Below are positions 45,322 through 55,091 of a stretch of 64,000 bases of DNA, piece by piece. The position numbers were made by a program, and so were the translations under genes. Within the stretch, counting starts at the first letter, position 1, and each line of letters opens with the position of its first letter. A model generated the notes under the pieces. It was not told where the DNA came from and did no database searches. It saw nothing but the letters and a program-made list of their open reading frames with translations. The stretch is from NCBI GenBank assembly GCA_030059665.1, contig JANVYR010000001.1:608001-672000 (forward strand), written 5' to 3'. This DNA is from Candidatus Calditenuis fumarioli. GTDB lineage: Archaea > Thermoproteota > Nitrososphaeria_A > Caldarchaeales > Calditenuaceae.

Positions 45322-45915
45322 GTGACCAAACCCGAGATACCGGGCTATGCGTACGGATCGAGGGAGCTCGCGAGGTTTCCCTTGAGCGACCGAGAGTTCG
45401 AGCAACTGAAGAGGACCGTTATGTTGTCTGATGAGGACGTGAAGTACCTCAGGCTCGCGGGAGAAGTGCTGAGGGATCAGATCGAGGACGTCCTTGACCT
45501 CTGGTACGGATGGGTCGGATCCAATCCCCACCTGGTTTACTACTTCGGAGACGAGAAAACGGGCAAACCCATCCCCGAGTACCTGGAGGCCGTGAGGAGG
45601 AGGTTCGGGCAGTGGATCAGGGACCTCTGCGAGAGGGACTTCGACAGGCAGTGGCTGGACTACCAGCTCGAGATCGGCCTGAGGCACCACAGGTCGAAGA
45701 AGAACAAAACCGATAACGTGAGCAGCGTCCCGCACATCCCGATGAGGTACCTAGTGGCCTTCATAGTCCCCATAACCGTCACGATCAGGCCGTTCCTCGA
45801 GAAGAAGGGACACCCGAAGGACGTCGTCGAGAAGATGTATCAGGCCTGGTTCAAGGCCGTCACGCTCTCGGTTGCCCTCTGGTGCTACCCGTACTGCAAA
45901 GACGGCGACTGGTGA
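45322..45915 (+). CDS. protoglobin
   Basis: IPGYAYG N-terminal extension, WYGWVGSNPHL, EIGLRHH and IPMRYLVAF. Confidence 0.92.
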   Translation: MTKPEIPGYAYGSRELARFPLSDREFEQLKRTVMLSDEDVKYLRLAGEVLRDQIEDVLDLWYGWVGSNPHLVYYFGDEKTGKPIPEYLEAVRRRFGQWIRDLCERDFDRQWLDYQLEIGLRHHRSKKNKTDNVSSVPHIPMRYLVAFIVPITVTIRPFLEKKGHPKDVVEKMYQAWFKAVTLSVALWCYPYCKDGDW

Positions 45916-45916
45916 C

Positions 45917-46102
45917 TCACCTTCTCCTCCTCGGGACGGTCGTCGGAAGGATCACGTCGTCGCTCCAGCTCTGCTGGAAGAGGTCGCAGAGGTAGACCAG
46001 CGCCTCGCAGAAGCTGACCGGCCTGCCCGTCACCTCCTCGAGCTTCGCCTTCACCCTGACTAGCCTGGCGTACGTCTCGTCTGAGACCCTGATCTGCGTC
46101 AT
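45917..46102 (-). CDS. small RHH/antitoxin-like protein
   Basis: MTQIRVSDETYARLVRVK...SF.EAL; start placed at ATG 46102. Confidence 0.65.
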   Translation of the reverse strand: MTQIRVSDETYARLVRVKAKLEEVTGRPVSFCEALVYLCDLFQQSWSDDVILPTTVPRRRR

Positions 46103-46239
46103 CTGCCCTCGTCTTCCGCCGACCCGAATAAATCGATTCCGAGCCCACGCGGAATCCTCGATCTGCCCGGATCCCGCACTCCCTGCGTGATACGTTTTTA
46201 TCATGCCCGTCCTTAGTGCCGGTGCAAAAAGGTGAGAAC

Positions 46240-46515
46240 ATGAGCAGCGCGTCTGAGGTGACCGTGCTGGTTGGGAAGAAGCCTCCGATGAGCTATGTGT
46301 TGGCGTGCCTGATAGCGCTACAGCAGGGCCAGAGCGTGACGCTGAAGGCGAGGGGAAGGGCGATAAGCAGGGCGGTCGACGTGGTGCAGATCCTGAAGAA
46401 CCGGTTCATGAAGGACCTGAAGGTGCACGCGATAAACCTGGGAACGGAGACGCTGAAGGGCCAGGACGGCAGGGACGTCAACGTCAGCACCATCGAGATC
46501 AAGGTCGGCGCCTGA
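46240..46515 (+). CDS. albA: chromatin protein Alba
   Basis: VGKKPPMSYVLA, KARGRAISRAVDV and VSTIEI. Confidence 0.96.
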   Translation: MSSASEVTVLVGKKPPMSYVLACLIALQQGQSVTLKARGRAISRAVDVVQILKNRFMKDLKVHAINLGTETLKGQDGRDVNVSTIEIKVGA

Positions 46516-46561
46516 AACAGCTGAGGGACGGTGCCAGGCATGAAGCTGGGGGGCCAGGTCG

Positions 46562-47065
46562 ATGCGGTTCCCGGTATGCACCTTCGACGTGAGGTCCGGT
46601 ACGCTGTGCCCGAGGTGCGAGCCTCTCCTCCGCTCGGGCGTCATCGACTGGACCGACATGTCCGTGATGCGGGAGCTCATCGACCTGGAGCCGCAGTTCC
46701 CCCAGCTTAGAGAGGCCGAGTACGTCAAAACGATCCGCACTGGTTCCGTTTTCTTCGTTCTCCTTCGCTCTCGCCATCACCTAACTCCCTCTTCCAGAAC
46801 CCAGCTCGAGCGGGCCCTCACCAGGAAGCTCGGGGGTCCGGTGAGCGTGATCGAGTACGCGGGTGACGTGAACCAGCTCCTCGAGCAGCTGGTCAGGCCG
46901 GCCCGGATCACCTCTATCAGCAGGACCTGGCTCCCCGACGGGTCCGAGAGGCTGGTGGTGAAGGTGGACAGGATCTCCTCCGTGACGATCGGGATCAACA
47001 ACGTCTCCGAGCTCGTGAGGTCGTTGAAGGGCGTGGAGGTCGAGATCGTCGAGTCCTCTAGGTGA
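46562..47065 (+). CDS. NusA-like KH-domain protein with N-terminal Zn motif
   Basis: PVCTFDVRSGTLCPRC followed by KH-like elements. Confidence 0.8.
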   Translation: MRFPVCTFDVRSGTLCPRCEPLLRSGVIDWTDMSVMRELIDLEPQFPQLREAEYVKTIRTGSVFFVLLRSRHHLTPSSRTQLERALTRKLGGPVSVIEYAGDVNQLLEQLVRPARITSISRTWLPDGSERLVVKVDRISSVTIGINNVSELVRSLKGVEVEIVESSR

Positions 47066-47993
47066 GGCCCCAGCTCTTCAGCAGGTGGAGGTACCTCTGG
47101 GCCGAATCGGGCAACACCGTCACGACCACTCCCTGCTCCAGCTCGGAGGCCACGCGGAGCGCCGCTGCCACGTTCGCGGCCGATGATGGGCCCGCAGGCA
47201 CGCCCATAAGCCTCGCCAGATCACGGGCCATCCGGTATGCCTCCTCCGTGCTGACGAAGACCCGCTCGTCGGCGAAGCCCTGGTCGTAGATGGCAGGCCT
47301 TATCGCCTCGTCCATCCGCTTCAGCCCCTCGATCCCGTGCAGGTGCTCCTCCGGCTGGACCTCCACTATCTTGACGTTCCGCAGGCTCTCCCTGAGCCTC
47401 CTCCCGACGCCCATCAGCGTGCCCGAGGTCCCTACTCCGGCGACGAAGTGCGTCACCCTCCCCCGTGTCTGAACCAGTATCTCCCTTCCCGTGGTCTCGT
47501 AGTGGGCCAGCGGATTCGCCGGGTTCGAGTACTGGTCCGCGTAGAAGTACGCCTTGGGGTTAGCCTCGTAAATCTCTCGGGCCTTGAGGATCGCTCCGTC
47601 GATCCCCTCGAGCGGATCGGTCACCACCAGCTCTGCACCGAGGTACCTCAACAGGTCCAGCTTGACGGGGCTGACGTTCCCGGGGACGACCAGCGTCAGC
47701 GGAATCCCGAGCGCGGCGCAGACCAGCGCGTACCCTATGCCCATGTTCCCGGACGTCGCGTCGAGCAACCTCCTACCCTGGCCGAGCTCTCCGCGTCTGA
47801 TCGCGTCCAGGACGATGTACATCGCAGGACGGTCCTTCACAGACCCTCCGGGGTTCAGGAACTCCGCCTTCGCCAGTAGCCGCACCCCCCGCTTCCCCAC
47901 CATCTTCGAGAGGTCCAGCATCGGCGTCCTCCCAATGGCGTCCAGCACGCCGCCGAGCCTACGCCTCAACCCGACGTGGTCCGCTCGAGCCAC
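47058..47993 (-). CDS. PLP-dependent cysteine synthase-family protein
   Basis: KAEFLNPGGSVKDR, ATSGN, GVGTSGT and IEG motifs; start uncertain, placed at GTG 47993. Confidence 0.92.
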   Translation of the reverse strand: MARADHVGLRRRLGGVLDAIGRTPMLDLSKMVGKRGVRLLAKAEFLNPGGSVKDRPAMYIVLDAIRRGELGQGRRLLDATSGNMGIGYALVCAALGIPLTLVVPGNVSPVKLDLLRYLGAELVVTDPLEGIDGAILKAREIYEANPKAYFYADQYSNPANPLAHYETTGREILVQTRGRVTHFVAGVGTSGTLMGVGRRLRESLRNVKIVEVQPEEHLHGIEGLKRMDEAIRPAIYDQGFADERVFVSTEEAYRMARDLARLMGVPAGPSSAANVAAALRVASELEQGVVVTVLPDSAQRYLHLLKSWGLT

Positions 47994-48051
47994 CTCTTCA
48001 AGCTCCCACCGCCAACGTTCAATTCCCCGCGAATCGTGACGGAGCCGGAGG

Positions 48052-49638
48052 ATGGTCGTGGAGGGCTCGGTGAACTGGAACCCCGAGGAGGCTAGGAGGT
48101 ACCACGAGGCGACCAAGCACACCTTCGTCTCGGTTAGGATGCCCGGGAGGGGCCTCGACTGGGAGAACAGGCCCTATCCGTTCAAGGTCTACCTCGACGC
48201 GGAGAAAATCCGGCTGCCGGCAGGCTTCGGTTCTCCCCCTCTGGACCTGATCTCGGCGATTACCTCGCAGCAGCGGAGGACGGAGAGGCTCAACCCCCCG
48301 GAGCTGGCTGGGCTGCTGTTCTATTCGGCAGGCATCACGAGAATCTACCGTTACCCGTTCGGCGGCCGCTACTACTTCAGGGCCTATCCGTCCACCGGAG
48401 CCCTGTATCAGACCGAGCTCTACGTGGTTGCCGGCGACGTCGGCGGACTCGAGCCCGGCGTCTACCACTTCGACCCCGGTCAGTTCGTCCTCAGCGTCAT
48501 CAGGAGGGGAGACTACAGGTCGCACCTGGCGGCCCTGACGGGTCACGGTGGGGTGATGAGCTGCGATGCTGCGGTGGTGCTCACGTCCGTCGCCTGGCGG
48601 AACGCCTGGAAGTACGGGGCCAGGTCCTACAGGCACTGGTTCTGGGACGGCGGCACCCTCTGCGCCAACCTGATCTCGACCGCCGGATCGCTCGGCCTCG
48701 GCTGGGAGGTACTGGTGGGCTTCGTCGACGACCTCCTCAACGGGCTGCTCGGGATCGACGGGAGGAGGGAGGCGGCCATCGCGGTGGTTCCCCTCTGGAG
48801 CGGCCACGCCTCCCGGGCCGGACCCAGCCCTGAGGTGGGAGAGGTCAGGCACAGGGTCCTACCGCTCTCGAGGAGGGAGGTCGAGTACGAGGAGGTGACC
48901 AGGGCCTACGCGAGCTCTAGGCTGCTGGGCGCGGAGGAGGTCTCGCTGTGGAGAAAGCGGGCTTCCTCGATGACGGACGTCGGTGCGCGCCACGAGGGCA
49001 GGAGGCTCAGGCTGCCAGGGCCGCCTGATGGGTTGGCGCTGCCGCCGCTGGGCGACGTGATCCTGCGGAGGGGGTCCACGCGGAGGTTCTCCAGAGTGGA
49101 GATCGAGGCGTGGAAGCTCGGCTTCGTGCTGAGGGCTATGTCCGTTCCCCTCAAAACCGACTTCCTCGGAAACCAGGGATCCCTGGTCTCGGTCTTCGCG
49201 ATCGTCAACGGCGTCGAGGGCGTCCCCTCCGGATCGTACCTCTACGACCGGTTGACCGGTGAGCTGGTGCTCTTGAGGGAGGGCCGGTTCAGGAGGACGG
49301 CCGAGTACCTCTGCCTCGAGCAGGAGTTGGGAGGCGATGCATCGGCGACGCTCTTCCTGATGTCACCGCTTGACGCGGTCCTCTCATCGCTCGGCAACAG
49401 GGGTTACAGGGCCTCCCAGTTCGAGGCCGGGATCAGGGTGGGGCTCGCGTACCTCGCAGCGCACTCGGTCGGCATCGGAGCCACGGGCCTCACGTTCTAC
49501 GACGACGACGTCCGGGAGTTCTTCTCACCAGCGTCATCGGAGATGGAGTGCATGATGGTGGTCGCGCTGGGCGTTCCCGCGTACAAACCCAAACCCGGCT
49601 CAGTCCACATCGGTGCCGTCGAGCACCCGGTCAGGTGA
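48052..49638 (+). CDS. SagB/ThcOx-family dehydrogenase with tandem nitroreductase domains
   Basis: FRAYPSTGALY, WKYGARSYR and a second domain with RRGSTRRF and GATGLTFYDD. Confidence 0.88.
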   Translation: MVVEGSVNWNPEEARRYHEATKHTFVSVRMPGRGLDWENRPYPFKVYLDAEKIRLPAGFGSPPLDLISAITSQQRRTERLNPPELAGLLFYSAGITRIYRYPFGGRYYFRAYPSTGALYQTELYVVAGDVGGLEPGVYHFDPGQFVLSVIRRGDYRSHLAALTGHGGVMSCDAAVVLTSVAWRNAWKYGARSYRHWFWDGGTLCANLISTAGSLGLGWEVLVGFVDDLLNGLLGIDGRREAAIAVVPLWSGHASRAGPSPEVGEVRHRVLPLSRREVEYEEVTRAYASSRLLGAEEVSLWRKRASSMTDVGARHEGRRLRLPGPPDGLALPPLGDVILRRGSTRRFSRVEIEAWKLGFVLRAMSVPLKTDFLGNQGSLVSVFAIVNGVEGVPSGSYLYDRLTGELVLLREGRFRRTAEYLCLEQELGGDASATLFLMSPLDAVLSSLGNRGYRASQFEAGIRVGLAYLAAHSVGIGATGLTFYDDDVREFFSPASSEMECMMVVALGVPAYKPKPGSVHIGAVEHPVR

Positions 49639-49682
49639 CCGCCACGTCTCACCCCACCTTCTCATCATGCTTTTATTCAGCG

Positions 49683-49955
49683 ATGAGCGGATGCGATCGA
49701 GCGAGCTTGTCCGCGGACGTATCGTTGAAGCTGCTGGAAAGGAGCCTGGGGAACCAGGTGCTGGTGAGGCTACGGAACGGAAGGCTTGTTAGGGGGACGT
49801 TGGTGGGGTTCGACAGGCACATGAACGTGGTCCTGAACCCCGCGGAGGAGGTCCTCCACGACGGCAACTCGGTACGGCTCGGAACCGTCCTGGTGAGGGG
49901 GGACAACATAGTGATGCTCTCGCCCAGCCGGCTCAGGGAGGGTGATGAGAGGTGA
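49683..49955 (+). CDS. Sm-like archaeal protein (SmAP/LSm)
   Basis: VLVRLRNG, GTLVGFDRHMNVVL and VRGDNIV; upstream of rpl37e as usual. Confidence 0.93.
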   Translation: MSGCDRASLSADVSLKLLERSLGNQVLVRLRNGRLVRGTLVGFDRHMNVVLNPAEEVLHDGNSVRLGTVLVRGDNIVMLSPSRLREGDER

Positions 49956-50125
49956 CGAAGGGAACTCCCTCGATGGGGAAGTTCAAGACCCCGACCCACG
50001 GGAGGTGCAGGCGGTGCGGCCGGAGGTCCTTCCACTACAGGTCCAGGCGGTGCGCCCACTGCGGCTTCCCCGACCCCAAGTGGCGGAAGTACAGGTGGAT
50101 GAAGTCGCTGAAGGAGCGGATGTGA
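49952..50125 (+). CDS. rpl37e: 50S ribosomal protein L37e; absent from ORF track
   Basis: GTG start; translates MTKGTPSMGKFKTPTHGRCRRCGRRSFHYRSRRCAHCGFP. Confidence 0.95.
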   Translation: MTKGTPSMGKFKTPTHGRCRRCGRRSFHYRSRRCAHCGFPDPKWRKYRWMKSLKERM

Positions 50126-50135
50126 CGGAGAGCGC

Positions 50136-50735
50136 TCAACCGAACCGTTGACGCTCCCTCTCCAGCTCCTCCACCTCCTCCAGCAGCTCGAGGAGCTTCC
50201 TCCCCCTCTCCGAGAGCCTGTACGCCCTCTCCCCCGAGCCCTCCACTGGTTCCAGCAACCCGTGCCTCATCAGCAGCTCCACGTGCCTGTCCACGCTCTT
50301 CCAGTCCATCCCGAGCTCCCGGGCGAGCTGGTGCCTGTTCATCGGCTGCTGGAGCTGCCTCAGTATCCTCTGCCTCGTCGCTGCGCCCCGCATCCTCACC
50401 ACGAGCCTGAATACGTCGTAGTCGAAGTAGTTCCTCGACCAGACCCTCCGGACATAACCCTTGAACGCCAGCATCCCCAGTCCTCCGGAGAGGGCCGTCA
50501 CCCCGAGGGCCAGCTGGAGCGTTGCACCCACAGGTACCGCGGCACCAGGCGTCTCCGACTGCGGTGAGACCCCCCCGGGGGCAGCGCGCTGGACGGTCAC
50601 TTCCGAGGCCTCCCGGAAGGTCGCGATCCCTACGGTCCAGCCCGCGATCAGCACGAAGCCTGCGAGCAGGAGGATGATCCACGCAGCGGTGTAGGGCTTC
50701 GCGTGGACGGCGTCTATCCACCTCTCGACCCTCAT
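50136..50735 (-). CDS. membrane-anchored winged-helix (ArsR-like) regulator
   Basis: Two hydrophobic helices, then RQRILRQL...NRHQLARELGMDWKSVDRHVELL...Y.LS; start placed at ATG 50735. Confidence 0.82.
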   Translation of the reverse strand: MRVERWIDAVHAKPYTAAWIILLLAGFVLIAGWTVGIATFREASEVTVQRAAPGGVSPQSETPGAAVPVGATLQLALGVTALSGGLGMLAFKGYVRRVWSRNYFDYDVFRLVVRMRGAATRQRILRQLQQPMNRHQLARELGMDWKSVDRHVELLMRHGLLEPVEGSGERAYRLSERGRKLLELLEEVEELERERQRFG

Positions 50736-50770
50736 CCGACCCGGGAGGAAAGCAGGTGGATATTTCTCAA

Positions 50771-50791
50771 TTTGCCAGAGCCTGTGGCAAA
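50771..50791. promoter_or_regulatory. 7-7-7 inverted repeat, putative operator in divergent promoter
   Basis: TTTGCCA-GAGCCTG-TGGCAAA lies between divergent genes, next to an AT-rich GATATAT. Confidence 0.5.
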
Positions 50792-50823
50792 CCTCGATAT
50801 ATGCTCCGGAGGCAACTGATGGC

Positions 50824-51576
50824 GTGAGCTCGGTCGGTTCGCTCGATAGGGTCGCGCTGGTAGCGGTGGTCGCAGCGGTGGTGCTGGTGATGGCCGCGAC
50901 GCTCCTGAACCTCCAGCAGAGGCCCCTCCAGGTCGTGGGCACCGGATCCGAGACCAACTACATCTCGGTGACGGGGTTCGCTTCGGTCAAGATAGTCCCC
51001 GACGAGGCGAGGGTCGTCATAGGCGTCAGGACGAGGGGTGAGACGGCGGAGGAGGCGTCCAGGAGGAACGCGGAGGCGATGTCGAGGGTGGTCGATGAGC
51101 TCAGAAGGCTCGGCCTGACCGAGAGGGACATGCAGACTAGGTGGCTATCCGTCGACGCGGAGCAGGACTGCGTCAGCGGCAGGTGCGTGGTGGTGGGCTA
51201 CGTCGCTACCAACACAATCGAGGTCACGCTCAGGTCCGACAGGTTCCAGCTGATATCCCAGGTCATCGACAGGTCCGTTGCGGCCGGCGCCAACTACGTC
51301 CAAGGCGTCTACTTCACGGTCTCCGAGGAGAGGAGGAGGCAGATGGAGGAGGACCTGATGCGGTCGGCGATCGCCGACGCCAAGCGGAAGGCTCAGAGGG
51401 CCGCGGAGGAGCTCGGCGTCGGGATCAAGGGCGTTCTGAGCGTGGACTTGACCATCGATCAGGTGCCCTACCCGATCCCACTTGCGACGAGGACGACTTC
51501 CGGACCTGAGACGCCAATCGTTCCCGGTGAGGTAACGGTCACCGGGCGCGTGCTGGTCAGGTTCGCGATCGGATGA
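50824..51576 (+). CDS. SIMPL (DUF541) domain protein with N-terminal anchor
   Basis: ISVTGFASVKIVPDEA, GANYV and LMRSAIADAKRKA. Confidence 0.9.
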   Translation: MSSVGSLDRVALVAVVAAVVLVMAATLLNLQQRPLQVVGTGSETNYISVTGFASVKIVPDEARVVIGVRTRGETAEEASRRNAEAMSRVVDELRRLGLTERDMQTRWLSVDAEQDCVSGRCVVVGYVATNTIEVTLRSDRFQLISQVIDRSVAAGANYVQGVYFTVSEERRRQMEEDLMRSAIADAKRKAQRAAEELGVGIKGVLSVDLTIDQVPYPIPLATRTTSGPETPIVPGEVTVTGRVLVRFAIG

Positions 51577-51579
51577 CCT

Positions 51580-54339
51580 TCACCGGTTCCCCGCGAGGAG
51601 CCTACGGAGCACGTACTGCATTATTCCTCCGTGCCTGTAGTACTCGACCTCGATCGGCGTATCGAGCCGTGCGGTCACCTTGAACTCCACCACGGACCCG
51701 TCCGACTTGGTGGCCCTCACGGTCAGCTCCTTCCTCGGCCTCAGACCCTCCGAGATTCCGAGGACGTCGAAGGTCTCGGTCCCGTCCAGCCCGAGCGACT
51801 TCCAGCTATCTCCAGGCTTGAACTGGAGCGGAAGGACTCCCATCCCGACGAGGTTGCTCCGGTGGATCCTCTCGAAGCTCTCGGCTATGACCGCCTTCAC
51901 CCCGAGGAGGTAGACGCCCTTCGCGGCCCAGTCCCTCGAGCTCCCGGCTCCGTACTGCTTCCCCGCCAGGACGATCAGGGGAACCCCCTCGGCCTTGTAC
52001 CGCATCGCGGCGTCGTAAACCGGCATCACCTCTCCCGTCGGTAGGTACTTCGTCCACCAGCCCTCCTTCCCCGGAACGAGCAGGTTCTTCAGCCGGACGT
52101 TCGCGAAGGTCCCCCTCATCATCACCTCGTGGTTACCGCGCCTCGCGCCGTAGGTGTTGAAGTCCGCGGGGTCGACGCCCTGCTCCATCAGGTACTTGCC
52201 GGCTGGGCTGCCGGGCAATATGGCCCCTGCGGGCGAGATGTGGTCGGTGGTTATCCGGTCGCCGAGGAGCACCAGAACCCTGGCGCCGATGATGTCCTCC
52301 GGCTCCCTGAACTCGAGCGAGAAGCCCTCGAAGAACGGCGGCTCCTTGATGTAGGTCGACCTGGGGTCCCAGACGAAGACGTCACCTGAAGGGGCCTCGA
52401 GCGATCTCCACCGCTCGTCTCCCTCGAAGACCTTCGCGTACTTCTCCTTGAACAGCTCCGGCGTCAGCGATCCCTCGATGACCTCCCTGATCTCCGACAG
52501 CTTCGGCCATATGTCCCTCAGGTAGACCGGTCTCCCGTCCCTGCCGAGGCCGAGCGGTTCCTCGAGCAGGTTGATGTCCGCCCTCCCGGCGATGGCGTAG
52601 GCGACCACCAGCATCGGCGAGGCGAGGAAGTTCCCCCTCACCTGCGGGTGGATCCTGCCCTCGAAGTTCCTGTTCCCGCTAAGCACCGAGAAGGTGATCA
52701 GGTCGTACCGCTCGATCGCCTCGGCCACCTCCTTCGGGAGCGGGCCGCTGTTGCCGATGCAGGTGGTGCACCCGAAACCCACGAGCGAGAAGCCGAGCTC
52801 CTCCAAGTACCTGTACAGCCCTGAGCGGAGGAGGTACTCGTAGACGATCTGCGATCCGGGAGCGAGGCTCGTCTTGACGTACCTCGGCACCCTGAGTCCC
52901 CTCTCGACCGCCTTCTTGGCGAGCAGCCCTGCTCCGACCATGACCGTAGGGTTCGAGGTGTTCGTGCAGCTGGTGATCGCAGCTATCACGATCGAGCCGT
53001 CCCTGAGCCTGTACGACTCTCCGTTCACTGTCACCGATGCCTCCCTCACCTCCAAGCTTCTCTGGAGCTGCGCCGCCGCCTGCCCTCCTCCCTCACCCTC
53101 CCACACGTTGCCGGTCGCCGCGACCGCTGCTGATGACCTCACCTTTCTGATGTAATCCTGCACGACCCTCTTCAGGTCCGCGATGCCGAGCCTGTCCTCC
53201 GGGTTCGCGGGCCCCGCGAGGCTGGTCTCGACGTCCTCGAGCCTCAGCACCACCACCTCGCTGTACCTTCCCCTCCACTCGTAATCCTCGAGGAAGAGCC
53301 CCTGGGCCCTGGCGTAGGCCTCGACCAGCGCGATCCGCTCTGAGCTCCTGCCGGTCATCCTCAGGTACTCGATGGTGTGACGGTCGATGGGGAAGTAACC
53401 GACGGTGGCGCCGTACTCGGGAGCCATGTTGGCGATCGTCGCCCTGTCCGGAACCGAGAGGTTGGCAAGGCCGGGTCCGAAGAACTCGACGAACTTGCCC
53501 ACGACGTTCTTGCGCCGGAGGAGCTCCGTCACGTGAAGCACCAGGTCGGTGGCCGTGACGCCCTCCCTGAGCTCGCCCTCGAGCCTGACGCCCACCACCT
53601 CAGGTACGGTCATGTAGTAGGGCTGTCCGAGCATCACCGCCTCAGCCTCTATCCCCCCGACCCCCCATCCCAGAACCCCCATGCCGTTCACCATCGGCGT
53701 GTGCGAGTCGGTCCCCAGCAGCGTGTCAGGGAAGGCTACGCGCTCTCCGTCGATGACGCGGTCGTCGATCACGGTCGCCAGGTACTCGAGGTTGACCTGG
53801 TGTACGATGCCCGTGCCCGGAGGGACCACGTGGAAATTAGAGAAGGCCTTCTGGGCCCACTTCAGCAACACGTACCTCTCCCTGTTCCTCTCGTACTCGA
53901 GGTCGAGGTTGAGCAGGTATGCGTCGGACCTCCTGAAGAAGTCGACCTGGATCGAGTGGTCGATGACCAGGTGGACGGGCACCAGAGGGTTGACGAGCCT
54001 TGGGTCCTTGCCGAGCCTCTTGGCCACCCCCCTCATCGCGGCCAGGTCGACCACCAGCGGGACGCCGGTGAAGTCCTGGAGCAGCACCCTCGTCGGGTGA
54101 AACGGTATCTCCTCGACGGTCGGCGCCGAGAGGCCCCAGTGTCCCAGCGCTTTGACCTCCTCCTCCGTCACGACCCCCTTCCCGAGGTTCCTGTAGAGGT
54201 TCTCCAGCAGGACCCTGATGGAGAAGGGCAGCTCTCCGATGTCCTTCGCGAGGCCCACCTCCTCGAGGTCCGCGAGCCTGTAGTACCTGAACGTCCCGAA
54301 GGGGAGCTCCAGATGGGCCGTCAATCCGGTACGCTTCAA
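51580..54339 (-). CDS. acnA: aconitate hydratase A
   Basis: QDFTGVP, GTDSHT, AAITSCTNTSNP, CTTCIGNSG, TTDHISPAG and GSSRDWAAKG motifs. Confidence 0.97.
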   Translation of the reverse strand: MKRTGLTAHLELPFGTFRYYRLADLEEVGLAKDIGELPFSIRVLLENLYRNLGKGVVTEEEVKALGHWGLSAPTVEEIPFHPTRVLLQDFTGVPLVVDLAAMRGVAKRLGKDPRLVNPLVPVHLVIDHSIQVDFFRRSDAYLLNLDLEYERNRERYVLLKWAQKAFSNFHVVPPGTGIVHQVNLEYLATVIDDRVIDGERVAFPDTLLGTDSHTPMVNGMGVLGWGVGGIEAEAVMLGQPYYMTVPEVVGVRLEGELREGVTATDLVLHVTELLRRKNVVGKFVEFFGPGLANLSVPDRATIANMAPEYGATVGYFPIDRHTIEYLRMTGRSSERIALVEAYARAQGLFLEDYEWRGRYSEVVVLRLEDVETSLAGPANPEDRLGIADLKRVVQDYIRKVRSSAAVAATGNVWEGEGGGQAAAQLQRSLEVREASVTVNGESYRLRDGSIVIAAITSCTNTSNPTVMVGAGLLAKKAVERGLRVPRYVKTSLAPGSQIVYEYLLRSGLYRYLEELGFSLVGFGCTTCIGNSGPLPKEVAEAIERYDLITFSVLSGNRNFEGRIHPQVRGNFLASPMLVVAYAIAGRADINLLEEPLGLGRDGRPVYLRDIWPKLSEIREVIEGSLTPELFKEKYAKVFEGDERWRSLEAPSGDVFVWDPRSTYIKEPPFFEGFSLEFREPEDIIGARVLVLLGDRITTDHISPAGAILPGSPAGKYLMEQGVDPADFNTYGARRGNHEVMMRGTFANVRLKNLLVPGKEGWWTKYLPTGEVMPVYDAAMRYKAEGVPLIVLAGKQYGAGSSRDWAAKGVYLLGVKAVIAESFERIHRSNLVGMGVLPLQFKPGDSWKSLGLDGTETFDVLGISEGLRPRKELTVRATKSDGSVVEFKVTARLDTPIEVEYYRHGGIMQYVLRRLLAGNR

Positions 54340-54376
54340 CTCGCGATGAAATTAATGGATATCATTGGATAACGGG

Positions 54377-54985
54377 TCAGCGCCTCACGCAGAGCGCGAC
54401 GAAGTTGCCGAGGATCCTCATTCCCGTCCGACCCGACTTCTCGGGGTGGAACTGGGTCCCGTAGAGGTTTCCGGAGCAGATGACCGCGGGGAACTCGAGA
54501 CCAGCGTACTCGGAGAGGGCCACGACGACCTCCGGGTCCTCCGGTGACGGCGCGTACGAGTGGACGTAGTAGACCCAGTCTCCCGAGTTGACGCCTTCGA
54601 GGAGCTCGCAGTCCCTGACGACCCTCAGCCTGCTCCAGCCTATGTGGGGGAGCTTCGCGCTTACCCTCAGCCTCAGCACCCTTCCCTTCAGGATCCCGAG
54701 TCCCCTTCCCGGGCCCTCCTCGCTCTCCTCGAAGAGCAGCTGCATTCCCAGGCAGATCCCGAGCACGGGAACACCGGACGCGATGAGGTCTGCGATCCTT
54801 TCCCTGTGGGCGGAGATGTTCCTCGAACCCTCCTCGAAGTTGCCGACACCAGGGACGACGAGGCCGTCGATCTCCGTCCATCCGGATTCGTCCAGGAGCA
54901 ACACCTCAGCGCCGAGCCTCGAGAGGGCTCTGGTCACGCTGAAGAGGTTGCCGACTCCGTAGGTCAGCACGCCGATCCTCGGCAT
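54377..54985 (-). CDS. hisH: imidazole glycerol phosphate synthase glutaminase subunit
   Basis: PGVGNF, LGICLGMQ, PHIGW, YVHSY and QFHPEKS. Confidence 0.96.
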   Translation of the reverse strand: MPRIGVLTYGVGNLFSVTRALSRLGAEVLLLDESGWTEIDGLVVPGVGNFEEGSRNISAHRERIADLIASGVPVLGICLGMQLLFEESEEGPGRGLGILKGRVLRLRVSAKLPHIGWSRLRVVRDCELLEGVNSGDWVYYVHSYAPSPEDPEVVVALSEYAGLEFPAVICSGNLYGTQFHPEKSGRTGMRILGNFVALCVRR

Positions 54986-55091
54986 ACCTTAACCCGTTCC
55001 ACCGCAGCTCGCCATCGGATAAATCGAGTGCCTTTCTAATGGAGGAGCTGGGCTCTGGTGATGCGGTCGCCTCGGTACGGGCCCTCACGCG

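Noticed and set aside
48052-49638. RiPP (azole) biosynthetic cluster around the SagB-type dehydrogenase
   Set aside because: No YcaO, precursor peptide or transporter is nearby; neighbours are housekeeping genes.
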